Positions 19,448-20,876 of a stretch of DNA of 20,876 nucleotides are shown here, piece after piece. Position 1 is the stretch's first letter. Every line of letters begins with the position of its first letter. The stretch lies in contig NIVC01005216.1 of assembly GCA_002269645.1 (NCBI GenBank), positions 1 to 20,876 on the forward strand, written 5' to 3'. The notes under the pieces are model-generated. The model was not told the DNA's origin, searched no databases, and saw only the letters and a program-made list of their open reading frames with translations. The translations under genes were made by a program, and so were the position numbers. Source of the stretch: Macrostomum lignano (Eukaryota).

Positions 19448-19481
19448 GTTCTAGAATTTTCTAGAATTCGAATTCTAGAAG
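19448..19481. promoter_or_regulatory. Heat-shock element cluster
   Basis: gTTCtaGAAttTTCtaGAAt gives four contiguous perfect alternating nGAAn units (19448-19467), plus another TTCtaGAA at 19473-19480. Confidence 0.75.
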
Positions 19482-19825
19482 GGAAACCCGCAGATTTTCT
19501 ACTTATAGCCAGTATTTTCTATTAATGGTTGATTGGGGTTGCCTGGAAAGATCTAGGAAGACTGCTAAAAGAGCTGGGGGTTGAGAAGGCTGGGGGTTTA
19601 AACAAGGAACTAAATGGGCGTTTCTGAAGCTAGGCAAGGGATCTTCTGAGCTAGTTAAGGCTTGAGCTGGGCAAAAGCTTTTTCTCTATGCTGCACAGCC
19701 GCTCGCGCTATGACAAGAAACAGCTGCCATACCCATTCGCTATCACCCACCCACACAGCAAAATACATGCGTAAAAATATATATTAATGCAGTCTTAAAG
19801 TCTTAAAGCGTATTGTAACGACATT

Positions 19826-20063
19826 CTACAATTGCCTAATGATTTCTGCAAAGTTATAGTAGCTGTCGTAATCTTTTACGTAGGTTACTCCATACTTATG
19901 AACCAGTGTCTTTGGAGAGCTAGATTAATATTAGGGACATTGATATCAACGTTGGGCCAATATTTTCTCATGTACTCGCTGCATTCAAGTTTGCATTGGT
20001 ACTTGGATTTGTACAATGGATTAGGCTGAGTATAATAAGAACTGGAGAGACAACTGGAAACAT
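19826..20063 (-). CDS. TIR-embedded small protein, right copy (two apparent 1-nt deletions)
   Basis: 238 nt versus 240 in the left copy. Repaired: MFPVVSPGSYYTQPNPLYKSKYQCKLECSEYMRKYWPNVDINVPNINLALQRHWFHKYGVTYVKDYDSYYNFAEIIRQL*. Confidence 0.6.
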
Positions 20064-20522
20064 TTTTATTGAGAATTTAATTTTTTTCAAAGGGTAAGGA
20101 CCCTGGGTTAGGGGATTTAAAGTTTTAGGGATCTGGTTTCGCCGCTTCGGATTGAATGTGGGCCCCATGGGAGAAGAATGCAGATTTTTTTTCTGATTGT
20201 TTCGAAGATGCTATGGGTGGATGTTGGTGGATGATGTCAGTGTCAGTGAGCATAACAGGTGTCCACTGTCTGATTCTGTCGGGATAATATGGATGGATTT
20301 AATAGGATTATGTTCGAAGTTTTCAGAGCAAGTGCGGCCCCTCCCCTTTTTCATGATTCTGTCAGGGATAATATGGATGGATTTAATGGGATTATGGAGG
20401 ACGTTTTGTGAGCGAGTGCGACCCCCCTTTTTTTCTGATTCTGTCAGGGATAATATGGATGGATTTAATGGATTATGGAGGACGTGAAAAATTTTGTCCA
20501 AAAGCCCCTCATGCCTTCTACT
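19828..20522 (-). repeat. Right terminal inverted repeat (695 bp), with 3 clear minisatellite units at ~20270-20480
   Basis: Reverse complement of the left TIR. Shorter because it has fewer degenerate repeat units. Confidence 0.93.
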
Positions 20523-20613
20523 AAAGTCCTTACTTTCTTAATAGACTTGCCTAATATAGACTAGATTACAAAGTTCTACAAGTTTTTATAGAGCCCAAAT
20601 TAGGCATGAGAGA

Positions 20614-20775
20614 TTAAAAAGTTAACTTACGCTTTTTCATAAACTGTAGCATCGCTTGTCTCTCAAGACGACGTTTTTTTCTTAGATTGACCACGCTTCG
20701 TAGATCGTAGCGACCGCGTTGCTGCTGCTGCTTCTTCTTCTTCTTCATCTTCATCTGCTGCTGCTGTTGTTGCTT

Positions 20776-20808
<33 letters not shown>

Positions 20809-20835
20809 TTCCTCCTCCTCCTGCTGTTGTTGTTG

Positions 20836-20874
<39 letters not shown>
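20614..20874 (-). CDS. 3' end of a polyglutamine ORF running in from the window edge
   Basis: Frame reads Q(n)EEEEQ(n)KQ(n)MKMKKKKKQQQQRGRYDLRSVVNLRKKRRLERQAMLQFMKKRKLTF*. Mixed CAG/CAA/GAG/AAG codons stay in one frame. Not in the ORF track. Confidence 0.55.

Positions 20875-20876
<2 letters not shown>
20719..20876 (+). repeat. Compound (CTG/TTG/CTT/CTC)n trinucleotide repeat
   Basis: Directly visible; it encodes the polyQ/K/E tract on the minus strand. Confidence 0.95.

Larger units (their letters stand above)
2665..20522. mobile_element. Polinton/Maverick (adintovirus-like) endogenous virus, apparently full length, ~17.9 kb
   Basis: Long TIRs start AGTAGAAGGCATGAG and end CTCATGCCTTCTACT. 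Between them lie pPolB, integrase, ATPase, protease, MCP and mCP. Confidence 0.96.

Overview
Eukaryotic (animal-type) genomic DNA. Most of the window is one apparently complete ~17.9-kb Polinton/Maverick (adintovirus-like) endogenous dsDNA virus at 2665-20522, bounded by imperfect ~0.7-kb terminal inverted repeats (TIRs). All six core genes are recognisable: protein-primed PolB, DDE integrase, packaging ATPase, adenain-like protease, and major and minor capsid proteins. It also carries a parvovirus-type PLA2, an adenovirus pX-like protein, a putative amphipathic lytic-peptide precursor and several unknown ORFs. Almost every gene is split by 1-nt indels in short homopolymers (about 30 sites by hand reconstruction), and I found no nonsense substitutions in the core genes. 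That looks like uncorrected long-read error on an intact element. The left flank is the 5' part of a Ty3/gypsy LTR retrotransposon; the right flank is the 3' end of a polyQ ORF. Four observations stand out. (1) A heat-shock-element/TATA/Kozak promoter sits on the outermost unique gene. (2) An 8-copy 43-bp hairpin array varies mostly synonymously in one reading frame and is bracketed by splice-like sites. (3) An unannotated ~79-codon gene lies inside both TIRs and ends exactly at the TIR boundary. (4) Seven [KR]xGG/[KR]xGxG motifs in three small virion proteins suggest a basic-P4 protease specificity. All frameshift repairs and family assignments were done by eye, without database searches.
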